Shown one piece after another: positions 18,974 through 28,216 of a stretch of 64,000 nucleotides of DNA; position 1 is the first letter of the stretch; every line of letters starts with the position of its first letter. Under the pieces are notes generated by a model, which saw only the letters and a program-made list of their open reading frames with translations, was not told the origin of the DNA and made no database searches. Source of the DNA: a phage; sequence record PQ400055.1. One strand, given 5' to 3'. The position numbers and the translations under genes are program-made.

Positions 18974-19105
18974 TTATTTTGCTTCGACAACCTTGCGGAT
19001 TGTGCGGTCTGATACATTATAGATTCGTGCCAGTTCGCCTTTAGTCAAACCGCGAGCGTATTGTTTACGGATGGTTTCTTTCTGGATGGCGGTCAGTTTA
19101 GTCAT
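18974..19105 (-). CDS. small HTH protein resembling the rIIB N-terminus (not in ORF track)
   Basis: 43 aa, MTKLTAIQKETIRKQYARGLTKGELARIYNVSDRTIRKVVEAK; RBS aagaggtg; resembles T4 rIIB LTKNEQAEIVKLYSSGNYTQQELADWQGVSVDTIRRVL. Confidence 0.45.
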   Translation of the reverse strand: MTKLTAIQKETIRKQYARGLTKGELARIYNVSDRTIRKVVEAK

Positions 19106-19116
19106 AATATCACCTC

Positions 19117-21231
19117 TTAAAATTTAACATTCTTAACCAGTTTCATAAAGTCTTGTGCGCGTTTGTCATTATGCAGAATACGATACCAGTTATCGACAAT
19201 ATCATACAGTAACGGGCTATTCTCTTTAAACTTCGCACAAACTGCTTTAATTCGTTCGTTTGCTACCGTGAATTTTTCATCACAAATCTTTTTAGTTTCT
19301 TCGTCCATAATCCAACGAGTACGAAGGAGTAACTTGGAAACCTCTTTATTATAATGACGACCGTACAGTCTGTCAATAAATTCTGGAACACAGCGTTCTA
19401 GTTCATCGTCATGAAACAACATAGTGATCACACCCAGATATTCGCCATACCCCAGATGATTGGTCTTAACCTTCTTAGCCAGACCAGCCAGCTTACCGCG
19501 AACAAATTCTAGCGCACATTCCAATTGTTCGTCAACGAGATATTTTTGTGTCTCGTTTCGAGTAATAATATACTTTGTTACCCCGAAGTAGTCAAGCGCC
19601 GTGTGTAATGTATTTTCACTATGGATCGATTTACGACTACGGCTTTCGAATGCATCACCTACGCGGAACATGTGCAAGCCTGATAACTCGCGAATCTCTG
19701 CCGCTTTCATGTGATGGCTGGTTTTATGCCAACTGTCACCAATCTTTTCCATGATATACACGTTAGGCAGCTTAGGAGTCGCTTCACGTTGTGTACGTGT
19801 ACGCTCGGTCTTCTCCGGTTTAACTGCTTTAGCACGCAGATCATCGGCCTCAGAAACTTTAATCACGGTCATTTCAGAATCATCATAATACTGTTTGATG
19901 TACTCGAAAGTTTCCATATGTTTTTCGTTGCGCTGACGGAACACCAGTACCTTTTTATTGATGCCGTATTCCTGGACCATACCGTTAAGAGTCAGTGCGC
20001 GTAGTTTCGGTTTATCGGTATCATCAATAAGACACATAATATCTTCTTTATGCATCCATACAAAATGCGTAATGTTGTATTGACTGCTAACGAAAGCAGG
20101 GCGCAATTTACTGATTGTGTGACGAGTACGATACAGAGTATACACCTGACCTTCTACGTCATTAGGCGAATCTTTACCCGCATTCACAAACTTATTATAG
20201 ATTGCTACCGGATCATCCCACTGCCCGATCTTACCCATCTTGCTAATAATATTGCGTTGAGTCGATGAATACTCGCTCATAAATTGCGCAAGTTTACGCT
20301 CTGTTTTAATGTTGGCGATCTTCTCTTTGACCTTTTCCAACATCATTTCATTGATTTCTGCAATGCGTTTTTCGATGTTCGCTTTAGTCTCAATTGACAA
20401 GTGAACTTCTTCACGCGATGGCATCAGGTCCAGATCACCCAACTCAAAATTAATGTAAATGGTCTGGTGCTGGCGGTTTACAGCTTCTAACCATGTTCCG
20501 CGAACATATTCATACGGGATCGGATACTGGATCTTACCCATGATTGCATATACTACATAGGAATCGTTATCACGCCCATTACAAACATAATAATTATCAA
20601 AGCTAGGGAAATAATTAATTTCGATTGCATTGATATTAGGTTTGTGTTCCCCAAAATGACGCAGTACAAATTGCGCTTCTCGATGCCATGTCTGAATATC
20701 TTTTTCTTTCACCGGAATAGTGATTTTCAGACCATTGTCTTCATAGGTCGGTTCGTCGAAAATCTGCACCATTTTCGGCATAGAGTTTTGCACAAATGCC
20801 GTAAAGCCATAAGCGCGACCATTGTAATAGTTTACGATTGTAAAGGTGTCAGTGTAGCTATAAGCAGATTTCGCACCTAAACCAAAAGACCCGATATAGT
20901 CATTAGTCTGGTCTTTTGTTGATTCAAAGTAAACCGTAAACAGTTGTTCTAATTCTTTCTTAGACGGAATACCAGTACCATAATCACGCACAGAGAAATA
21001 CGGTTCGATTGCAGTCGGTAAATGAATATCAAACGGACGATCTAAGGTTCCGGCTTCTTTGTGAGTGTCGGTAGCATTGCACGAATACTCACGGACGCAA
21101 GCACGCTCACAATATTGATAAGTGTTCTTAGAAAGCACCATAAAAGCCTTGCTACTTGCTTTCAGTGAAAAATCAACCGCACCGCTCAGGTCACTGCCAA
21201 ATACTTCTTCATTATCAATATGCATTTTCAT
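19117..21231 (-). CDS. rIIA: rIIA protector from prophage-induced early lysis
   Basis: 704 aa (T4 725 aa); N-terminal block DYGTGIPSKKE...YIGSFGLGAKSAYSYTDTFTIVNYYNGRAYGF matches T4 rIIA DFGPGMS...[32 protein letters not shown]. Confidence 0.9.
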   Translation of the reverse strand: MKMHIDNEEVFGSDLSGAVDFSLKASSKAFMVLSKNTYQYCERACVREYSCNATDTHKEAGTLDRPFDIHLPTAIEPYFSVRDYGTGIPSKKELEQLFTVYFESTKDQTNDYIGSFGLGAKSAYSYTDTFTIVNYYNGRAYGFTAFVQNSMPKMVQIFDEPTYEDNGLKITIPVKEKDIQTWHREAQFVLRHFGEHKPNINAIEINYFPSFDNYYVCNGRDNDSYVVYAIMGKIQYPIPYEYVRGTWLEAVNRQHQTIYINFELGDLDLMPSREEVHLSIETKANIEKRIAEINEMMLEKVKEKIANIKTERKLAQFMSEYSSTQRNIISKMGKIGQWDDPVAIYNKFVNAGKDSPNDVEGQVYTLYRTRHTISKLRPAFVSSQYNITHFVWMHKEDIMCLIDDTDKPKLRALTLNGMVQEYGINKKVLVFRQRNEKHMETFEYIKQYYDDSEMTVIKVSEADDLRAKAVKPEKTERTRTQREATPKLPNVYIMEKIGDSWHKTSHHMKAAEIRELSGLHMFRVGDAFESRSRKSIHSENTLHTALDYFGVTKYIITRNETQKYLVDEQLECALEFVRGKLAGLAKKVKTNHLGYGEYLGVITMLFHDDELERCVPEFIDRLYGRHYNKEVSKLLLRTRWIMDEETKKICDEKFTVANERIKAVCAKFKENSPLLYDIVDNWYRILHNDKRAQDFMKLVKNVKF

Positions 21232-21245
21232 AATATAATCCTCAC

Positions 21246-21503
21246 TTAATTAAAATCTTCTTTGTCCATCTCTGCGTAGATTACATCCCACGCCCATAAA
21301 TCAATAAACGCATTATATGTCACGGTGCAATCGTTGTCAATCACTTCTTTCGCATATTTCTTGATGTTTTCGTAGGAAACTTGCGGGTCAATTTTGTGTT
21401 TACGAAGGTGCGCATATTCATATCTCAGACATTTCATAAACAGGTCCATCGATTTCTTTTCTCGATGACACTTGGCGATCATAAAATCAAAACTTCGACT
21501 CAT
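21246..21503 (-). CDS. hypothetical protein (rIIA.1 position)
   Basis: 85 aa ORF immediately upstream of rIIA. Confidence 0.5.
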   Translation of the reverse strand: MSRSFDFMIAKCHREKKSMDLFMKCLRYEYAHLRKHKIDPQVSYENIKKYAKEVIDNDCTVTYNAFIDLWAWDVIYAEMDKEDFN

Positions 21504-21514
21504 TTTTCTACTCC

Positions 21515-21709
21515 TTATACATTTTCAATTACCCATTGCAGATGGGCTTCTGCGTCAACCAGTTCAGCGCGGCTTTTCTCTAAGCACTTGCTGTATTCTT
21601 TACGTTCCCACTCGGCAATTTCGTTTTTCAGGACTTCTTCATAGTAAGCAATTACGCCTTTCAGGTCTGAAACTTTACGGCTTGCCAATTCGATGTAATG
21701 GTTACGCAT
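21515..21709 (-). CDS. hypothetical protein
   Basis: 64 aa ORF, predicted helical. Confidence 0.45.
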   Translation of the reverse strand: MRNHYIELASRKVSDLKGVIAYYEEVLKNEIAEWERKEYSKCLEKSRAELVDAEAHLQWVIENV

Positions 21710-21896
21710 TTTGATTCTCCTTTGTTACTAGATAACGAATTTGGTCTTGCATTGCGATCAGTTCCCAGCGTGCTACTTTCATCATGGAAACTGACTCTTT
21801 GAACATAATATTAGCTTTTTCCTTCTCCCCTGTCAAGTAGATTTCTGCAATTTTTTCACAAAATTTTTGAGTTTCTTCATTCTTAAACGGTTTCAT
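21702..21896 (-). CDS. hypothetical protein (start at ATG 21896)
   Basis: Track start 21905 is TTG; ATG three codons downstream, preceded by promoter cassette. Confidence 0.45.
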   Translation of the reverse strand: MKPFKNEETQKFCEKIAEIYLTGEKEKANIMFKESVSMMKVARWELIAMQDQIRYLVTKENQNA

Positions 21897-21920
21897 ATAA
21901 GTCAACCTTTTGTTTTCGAT

Positions 21921-21955
21921 GGGGACATTATGATATATCCCCGATCCAGTGTCAA
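21921..21955 (-). promoter_or_regulatory. sigma70-type early promoter cassette with palindrome
   Basis: Minus strand TTGACA-17-CATAAT; GGGGA...TCCCC brackets the -10. Confidence 0.55.
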
Positions 21956-21962
21956 CAGATTT

Positions 21963-22262
21963 TTAATCTTTTTTCAATGCATCCATTACTCGCTCTGCGA
22001 TCAGTTCTCGTAAGCACTGATAACCATGATATTTGATGGCAATGTCACGCAGATCATTAACCAGTTCCCGTACTTCATGGTCTTTCAGATCGTCTCTGTA
22101 TTTCGATTTAACCGTGTCTTTAGGTGGATTGTGGATAACCTGAAAACCTTGTTCTGCAATCACTGCGGCTTCTCGCTGGCGTTCATGTTGTACTGTATTT
22201 TTTATCAGGTCTACTTCCATGAACTTTGTCATACTCATCATCATGTTATTCTTTTTGCTCAT
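21963..22262 (-). CDS. hypothetical protein (start moved to internal ATG)
   Basis: ATG at 22262 with RBS gaggat; longer track ORF would run through the promoter cassette and the end of gp39. Confidence 0.5.
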   Translation of the reverse strand: MSKKNNMMMSMTKFMEVDLIKNTVQHERQREAAVIAEQGFQVIHNPPKDTVKSKYRDDLKDHEVRELVNDLRDIAIKYHGYQCLRELIAERVMDALKKD

Positions 22263-22284
22263 TATTAAATCCTCATAAACGAAA

Positions 22285-22324
22285 AGGGAGACTCCCATTA
22301 TAGAGAATCTCCCTTGTATGTCAA
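22285..22324 (-). promoter_or_regulatory. sigma70-type early promoter cassette with palindrome, downstream of gp39
   Basis: Minus strand TTGACA-16-TATAAT; GGGAGA...TCTCCC inverted repeat. Confidence 0.55.
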
Positions 22325-22327
22325 GTG

Positions 22328-24151
22328 TTATGATTGCATCCAAATTTTGCGGCGGTCTGAATCTTCGCTATAGAGCAAATCGAATAGCTCTTTATAGTTT
22401 TCCGGTAACGTGATGATTTCCATTACAGGATCGTTGATCACGCGATGATAATCTGATTCTGTAAGAGATGCTAACCCTTTGATATATCGAATGCTATAAC
22501 CTTTGATATTATCTCGGTCGTTCTCGAAATCTTCTAGGTCATAATACCATCGAACATCATCACCTTTCTTTGGTTCCGCAATGATAATAGGTGTTTTGAT
22601 AAACCGGATTCGTCCATCTTCGAACAATTCAGGCCAACGTGCAAAGAAAGAGATCAGACTAGGTTTAATAGACCCGATCCCGTCAGTATCAGCGTCTGTC
22701 ATAATCGCAATATTTTTGTATTGCATAACTTCCAATGCATCAACACCAAATTGCAAACCAGTGATCGCCATGATGTTAAAAATTTCGGCGTTCTTAACGA
22801 TCTTTGCCTCCGGTTGTTCCCACGTTGTAAGAGTTTTGCCTCGCAACGGGAAACCTCCATGTAAATCTGGATCACGTACAGAGACCAGATAGTTGATCGC
22901 GGAATCACCTTCCGTCAAAAACAGGGTAGTTTCTGCGTCAGTTCCAATAAGGTTAGCTTTAACGTGTTTTGCTACCTTAGCCCGTTTCGCTGCTTTGGCT
23001 GCCTTAGTCGCTGCCGCTTTATCTGCTGCCTCTTTGCGTGCCAGGACTACAGCAATAATAGGCATGATAATGTTTTCTTTCTTCGCAATGACTTTAGCCA
23101 GCTTTTTAAAATCAAGATCAATATGACGCTTGATATCACCAGTTGGATTAGTCAATCGTTCTTTTGTCTGTGAATCAAAACGAAGGTTAGGCAATTCACG
23201 AACAATAAGAATACAGGTCAATCCAGACTTAACCGCAGCTTTAGTAACATCAACCTTATGTTCTTTCTTGATTCGTTTTACAATCTCTTCACAAAGATCA
23301 TCTGTCACGTAGTCTACGTGTGTTCCCCCGTTTTTGGTAAACAGACCATTAGCAAAGGATACTGATTTAAAACCTTCTCCCTCGACCGCAGGAACTAGGG
23401 CAAGTGAAAAGTTTTTATCTTCAATGACAAACGGATCATCATTGTATAGTTTAGCATAATCCTTGAACTTACTAACAATACGTTTACCATTAAACTTAAA
23501 CGTGATCTTAGGAAAGATTACGCTCAATGATTGCAGACGATCATGAACAATATCTAAAACAGAGTTGTCCATCATATAACCTTCGAAGTGGTCGAAGTCT
23601 GGACAAAATGTAACCTTTGTTCCCTTCAATTTTGATGGTTTCGATGACCATGTGATATTTTCAGCACCGTTTGTACATTGAACGGTCATTTCTGTTTCTC
23701 CGTCACAGGTCACACCAGTAAACCAATCGCTAAAGAAATTTGACAACGACGACCCCACACCGTTCATCCCTTGCGTTAATCGATTGGTATCATCAAAGTT
23801 AGACCCTGCTTTTGTTCGTGTCCATGCGGCTACAGGTTGCGGAATCTGCGTGCCCTCTGGGGTAGTAACCATATGTTGAGGAATACCGCGACCGTTGTCT
23901 GTTACCGTAACAATATTGTTTTGGATATCGACGCTAATCACATTGGCAAATTCAAAATTAGTGCGAATCGCCTCGTCTACAGAGTTGTCGATGATCTCAT
24001 CAATGATTTTAACCAGTCCTGGAACATATGAAATTTTTGTCCATTTACCGAACAGGAAACGTTGGTGTTCTTCGTAAGTTGTTGATCCTATATACATTCC
24101 TGCACGCTTAAGGACATGTTCACGATCAGATAAAATGCGAAACTCACTCAT
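22328..24151 (-). CDS. 39: DNA topoisomerase II large subunit (gp39 with fused gp60 portion)
   Basis: 607 aa; N-terminus LSDREHVLKRAGMYIGSTTYEEHQRFLFGKW...GLVKIIDEIIDNSVDE matches T4 gp39; C-terminal TOPRIM-like IAIMTDADTDG; one continuous ORF. Confidence 0.9.
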   Translation of the reverse strand: MSEFRILSDREHVLKRAGMYIGSTTYEEHQRFLFGKWTKISYVPGLVKIIDEIIDNSVDEAIRTNFEFANVISVDIQNNIVTVTDNGRGIPQHMVTTPEGTQIPQPVAAWTRTKAGSNFDDTNRLTQGMNGVGSSLSNFFSDWFTGVTCDGETEMTVQCTNGAENITWSSKPSKLKGTKVTFCPDFDHFEGYMMDNSVLDIVHDRLQSLSVIFPKITFKFNGKRIVSKFKDYAKLYNDDPFVIEDKNFSLALVPAVEGEGFKSVSFANGLFTKNGGTHVDYVTDDLCEEIVKRIKKEHKVDVTKAAVKSGLTCILIVRELPNLRFDSQTKERLTNPTGDIKRHIDLDFKKLAKVIAKKENIIMPIIAVVLARKEAADKAAATKAAKAAKRAKVAKHVKANLIGTDAETTLFLTEGDSAINYLVSVRDPDLHGGFPLRGKTLTTWEQPEAKIVKNAEIFNIMAITGLQFGVDALEVMQYKNIAIMTDADTDGIGSIKPSLISFFARWPELFEDGRIRFIKTPIIIAEPKKGDDVRWYYDLEDFENDRDNIKGYSIRYIKGLASLTESDYHRVINDPVMEIITLPENYKELFDLLYSEDSDRRKIWMQS

Positions 24152-24250
24152 TATTAAACCTCTTCATAACATAACCATAACTTACTGCAACCGCCACAAA
24201 GACGGCTGCAACAATCATATTAAAAATTGAGTGATTGTCAAGTATATGAC

Positions 24251-24424
24251 TCATGACACGCGCACATTTTTATCGTAATACCCGCCATTAATCCCGCGCG
24301 GGGCAGTTAATCCCTGTTTACATTCTTTCCCACATTCAGGGCATTCTGCCTTTTCACGCTCGGAAATTTTGCGGATTTTCTGAAATTGACCGTGTTCTTC
24401 ACAAGAATAATCGTATAATGGCAT
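24251..24424 (-). CDS. FmdB-type zinc-ribbon protein
   Basis: MPLYDYSCEEHGQF...CPECGKEC fits the FmdB zinc-ribbon pattern; start assumed at the internal Met of the 84-aa track ORF. Confidence 0.5.
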   Translation of the reverse strand: MPLYDYSCEEHGQFQKIRKISEREKAECPECGKECKQGLTAPRGINGGYYDKNVRVS

Positions 24425-24425
24425 A

Positions 24426-25094
24426 TTATCCCCTTTGTTTCTTAACTGAATTTGGATCTGGATTTTCTGGTAGGTCTTCCAGACCCATAGCATAACGTTG
24501 TGCATAGATTAGCATAAGAATATCGCGAGCGCAATCATGAATTGCATCATGTGCGATAAAACCATCTAGCGTACCCATTGGTAACGGACACTCACACATC
24601 CCGCGATGCATCAATGTACGCTCAATGGCGGTGCGAACATCTCGGATATTCCAGAATCGCACAGGTTCAAGATTGAACGTCTCTCGTGTATTGTGTGCAC
24701 GGCGGATCATATCAACTAGTAACGGAATATCAAACGCATTACCGCGTGACCACAATACGGATTTAACCGGATCTACCCCTACGGCTTCACAGAATGCGTT
24801 AAAACGCGCTAAACCTTCTTTAGTTGATACTTCCGTACCATTTGTGATTAATTGCTTTCTCATGCCTTCTGAGGCGGTATTCTTCCACCATTCAACCACA
24901 CCATGATCAAACACCCTTACACCTTTCTGGGAAGGAATATCAAATTTTACCAGAAAGGAATTGTCAACCAGTTCTTTAAATGTAGGTGGGTTGTGCGGAT
25001 CTTCTTTAAATCCGATTGCCGCCATATTGATAACCGCCCCATCAGGCGGATAACCTAAACTTTCAAAGTCAATCATTAAATCCACTGGAAGCAT
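24426..25094 (-). CDS. dexA: exonuclease A (DEDD 3'-5' exonuclease)
   Basis: MLPVDLMIDFESLG exonuclease motif; ~222 aa from the ATG at 25094 with RBS ggagga (T4 DexA 227 aa); position between 39 and dda. Confidence 0.75.
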   Translation of the reverse strand: MLPVDLMIDFESLGYPPDGAVINMAAIGFKEDPHNPPTFKELVDNSFLVKFDIPSQKGVRVFDHGVVEWWKNTASEGMRKQLITNGTEVSTKEGLARFNAFCEAVGVDPVKSVLWSRGNAFDIPLLVDMIRRAHNTRETFNLEPVRFWNIRDVRTAIERTLMHRGMCECPLPMGTLDGFIAHDAIHDCARDILMLIYAQRYAMGLEDLPENPDPNSVKKQRG

Positions 25095-25095
25095 T

Positions 25096-25515
25096 TTAAA
25101 TATCCTCCGCGATATGCCGGAACAACTCCAGATCGTTTTTATCCAGAATGAAACCGCTACAATCAATAATCCCGTTACCGTAATTATCGGTTAACAGTCG
25201 TTCCGTTGCCATGTATGCGCGTACTTTGTTGTTAAAATTCATTACATGTTGTGCATAGTCACAATGAATCTTTTGACGGTTCCACGCGACAATTGATTGT
25301 AGATGTATTACATTAGCCACATTATTAATAACAACCATATCAAAACCCTCGCTTAGTGGAATGTTCTGACATTTTATTGATACATACAGCTTGGTAGTCA
25401 CGAGATTTTTTGACGAATTAAGAGCTACGGCCAAAAAATCCTGTAACTGTTCGTTTGTCATTGTTGGCTTACACCGCGTATCTAAACTCTTCTTTCTTCT
25501 AGCTTCATTAGCCAT
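25096..25515 (-). CDS. hypothetical protein containing an internal duplicate of its own RBS/start cassette
   Basis: 139 aa ORF; ~55-bp direct repeat at 25339-25395 and 25516-25575, each ending in gagggttttgatATGg. Confidence 0.45.
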   Translation of the reverse strand: MANEARRKKSLDTRCKPTMTNEQLQDFLAVALNSSKNLVTTKLYVSIKCQNIPLSEGFDMVVINNVANVIHLQSIVAWNRQKIHCDYAQHVMNFNNKVRAYMATERLLTDNYGNGIIDCSGFILDKNDLELFRHIAEDI

Positions 25516-25575
25516 ATCAAAACCCTCGCTTAGTGAAATATTCGATCATTTTATTGATACATTCAGCTTCACTGT
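25339..25575. repeat. ~55-bp direct repeat pair carrying RBS and start codon
   Basis: Copies at 25339-25395 and 25516-25575, ~85-90% identical by eye. Confidence 0.55.
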
Positions 25576-25694
25576 CGCCGGATACGTTCCATCCATAATG
25601 ACCCCAACTAAAACACATGGTAACAGTTCCATTGTGACGGCGTACCGTCACTTCGTCAAATTCGGGGATACTTCGCATAATCATAATAATTTCC

Positions 25695-27086
25695 TCAAAT
25701 ATAGTCTACTCGATACCTCGCACGGGTAACACCAACATATAATAACTGCATTGCCAATTCAAAGTCAACATTGTCTGTACACATGCAAGGAGTATACAGG
25801 AACACGCGGTCTACGCTGATCCCTTGTGACTTATGAATGGTGCAAGCTGGTAATGCTTTTACATTCAAGAACATACGCTTCATCGTCCAGAATGAATCCC
25901 AATCTGGTTTAAATTTTGGATTCTCTTTCTTCATTTCGCGATATTGTCCGGCAACCGTATTCAGATAGATAGAGAAAATGTTCTTCTGACGTTGTTCTGT
26001 CAGAATGTTGATTTCTACCAAATCCGGTTTATCTGTAGTGATTCCGACTGTATCTAAACCGACTTTCTGATTTAGGATTTCTTTGTCTTCGTCATCATCG
26101 ACGCTTTCCACTTTCAGAGTATAGCCTAAAACTGGTTGCGGATCTACCCCCGTGCAACGTAATGTAAATTCGCGCGGTATAACCTCTTTAACTCGGATCA
26201 TCTCACCATTGTTAAAAATAACATTGGGGATCTTCTTCCCGCGTTCATCTCGCAGATATTCGATCAATGGTTCCTGAGTAACCAGAATTTCATCTACAAT
26301 CACTGGTTCATCGGTGTTATAAACGCGCTTACGCACAATTTCATTGAGTTTTTCGACGCTCTTGTTAGTGTAGGCCAGAATACGGTTTTCTAGAAGGTCT
26401 TCCGGCGTTTTAACGGTTTCGAAATAATGCTTCATAAACTCCGGCAGAGTTGAGCTATGGAATACACCCTCGTTGCCGCACTGCTTTTCGAATACCCATT
26501 TACCATTACGGACAGCGGTCGCCACATCAATTATTGGCGCATTAGATCGTTTAATCTCTGTAAGTTCTACATTCTGAAACCTTTCATCGGTGAAGAAAGG
26601 AGAGATCGACGTTGCACCGCTCGGATCAACTGGTCGTAACTGGTACAGATCACCCACGGCAATAATAACAATTCGACCGTTGATACTCTTCATGAGAATA
26701 TCAAATAGTTTCTTATCGACCATACTCGCTTCATCAACAATGATGATCTGAACATCATCTAGCTTAGGAGTATCTTTTTGCTCAAATACTTGAGTATCTT
26801 CATAGTTGGTCGGGTTTAGTCGCAGTAGTGCATGTAAAGTAAATGCTTGACGACCTACCGCTTTACTCAAAACTTTTTTAGCCTGGTGGGTAGGCGTTGC
26901 CAAAACCACACCAGTTACACCACGGCGGACCATTTCCTGAACAATGAATTTCATCATTGCGGTTTTACCAGTACCCGCCGCACCACGGACAGTTGTATGC
27001 TTCTTTTGTTCAATACGTTTCATTAGAACATCAAAAGCATGTTTTTGCCCGTCTGTTAACATATCGAAAGTTAATACTCTGCTCAT
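25695..27086 (-). CDS. dda: Dda DNA helicase (SF1)
   Basis: N-terminus LTFDMLTDGQKHAFDVLMKRIEQKKHTTVRGAAGTGKTAMMKFIV matches T4 Dda MTFDDLTEGQKNAFNIVMKAIKEKKHHVTINGPAGTGKTTLTKFII; 463 aa. Confidence 0.9.
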   Translation of the reverse strand: MSRVLTFDMLTDGQKHAFDVLMKRIEQKKHTTVRGAAGTGKTAMMKFIVQEMVRRGVTGVVLATPTHQAKKVLSKAVGRQAFTLHALLRLNPTNYEDTQVFEQKDTPKLDDVQIIIVDEASMVDKKLFDILMKSINGRIVIIAVGDLYQLRPVDPSGATSISPFFTDERFQNVELTEIKRSNAPIIDVATAVRNGKWVFEKQCGNEGVFHSSTLPEFMKHYFETVKTPEDLLENRILAYTNKSVEKLNEIVRKRVYNTDEPVIVDEILVTQEPLIEYLRDERGKKIPNVIFNNGEMIRVKEVIPREFTLRCTGVDPQPVLGYTLKVESVDDDEDKEILNQKVGLDTVGITTDKPDLVEINILTEQRQKNIFSIYLNTVAGQYREMKKENPKFKPDWDSFWTMKRMFLNVKALPACTIHKSQGISVDRVFLYTPCMCTDNVDFELAMQLLYVGVTRARYRVDYI

Positions 27087-27400
27087 TATCCTAAAATCCT
27101 CACCTTGCGAACACAGATAGTATTGAGTTCTCGCCGTACCCGTTCTTTTTCATATTCAGGAATTTTATATTCGATACCATCCCGAACAATTTCAGAAGAC
27201 CGGATTATGCCAAATTTTCGTTTAGGTACAACCTTGTATTTCGGTTCACCAGCCAATAGACTCTCACAATAATCTATCTGATCACACATTGACGCTAACG
27301 CAGCATCATGTGTTTCGCAAGTTAGGACGCGACCTTTCGCGTCCACTGAGTATTGAAAGAATCCGTCTTTATCACGATAACATACAGCAAATACATGCAT
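27086..27400 (-). CDS. hypothetical protein (dda.1 position)
   Basis: 104 aa ORF. Confidence 0.5.
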   Translation of the reverse strand: MHVFAVCYRDKDGFFQYSVDAKGRVLTCETHDAALASMCDQIDYCESLLAGEPKYKVVPKRKFGIIRSSEIVRDGIEYKIPEYEKERVRRELNTICVRKVRILG

Positions 27401-28155
27401 TATAAACCTACCTTCGCTTTCATCAATTCAATCCACGACGCATCAATCGGAAGCCCGTATTTCACGCGTTCTTTTTGTGCTGGCGTTAAGTTCTCATACT
27501 TAGAAAGAGATTCAATCAAAACGCTGGTATATTTTAGCACGATTTCGGTATTGTTTGCAATAGCCTTAAGTTTTTCTTCTTTCTTGTTGATTTCGCTAAG
27601 GGCTTGCTTGAGATCTGCAATTTTCTGATAACGTTCTTCCATACGGAAGAGAGTATTTTTAATCGCTCGCTCGGCTGCCTCTGCTTTCTCCGGTTCGTTG
27701 TGCTTTTTATGGCGCTCGATTGCTAATTTCTTTTCTTCGATTGCCATTTCCTGATTTTTGATGCGATTCTCGTTAAGTTCGATCCACTCGATGTACTTCG
27801 CACGTAGGGCAATTTCATCATCAGAAAGTTTACCGTTAGTTCCTAGTTCCTGGATCTCTTTAAGAGATTCGATAGTGTGATTGCCACGGAAAGAATTGTA
27901 TTTCAGTTTAACCGGAATTACATTGCCATCAACATATCCCAGATTGCAATCAATGCGCTCTAAGGAGAGTCCGTCATCACCTTCACCGAAAGCCTCACCT
28001 GAATAGGCACAATGAGTCTGACGGTAAATGTTACGAACAGTGACTAAGCTCATAGAGAAGTCTTTGTTGCGACGTGAAGCACCAGCCATGATAGAGTTCA
28101 GCCGGAAAACAACCAGCGCCAATTCTTCGTTAGATTTAAAAGCAAACAGTTTCAT
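27400..28155 (-). CDS. hypothetical protein with coiled-coil C-terminal half (positional equivalent of T4 srd)
   Basis: 251 aa; positional inference only; preceded by promoter cassette. Confidence 0.5.
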   Translation of the reverse strand: MKLFAFKSNEELALVVFRLNSIMAGASRRNKDFSMSLVTVRNIYRQTHCAYSGEAFGEGDDGLSLERIDCNLGYVDGNVIPVKLKYNSFRGNHTIESLKEIQELGTNGKLSDDEIALRAKYIEWIELNENRIKNQEMAIEEKKLAIERHKKHNEPEKAEAAERAIKNTLFRMEERYQKIADLKQALSEINKKEEKLKAIANNTEIVLKYTSVLIESLSKYENLTPAQKERVKYGLPIDASWIELMKAKVGL

Positions 28156-28179
28156 AATTGATTCTCCTTAGTTGGTATG

Positions 28180-28213
28180 TGTGTATTATTGTCTATCTGG
28201 TTTGTGCTGTCAA
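28180..28213 (-). promoter_or_regulatory. sigma70-type early promoter cassette
   Basis: Minus strand TTGACA-17-AATAAT then ACACACATACCAACTAAGGAG...ATG. Confidence 0.5.
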
Positions 28214-28216
28214 CAC

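Noticed and set aside
22328-24151. Possible T4-style gene 60 translational bypass element or split 39/60 genes
   Set aside because: The topoisomerase large subunit is one uninterrupted 607-aa ORF that includes the TOPRIM segment, so no bypass or split is needed.
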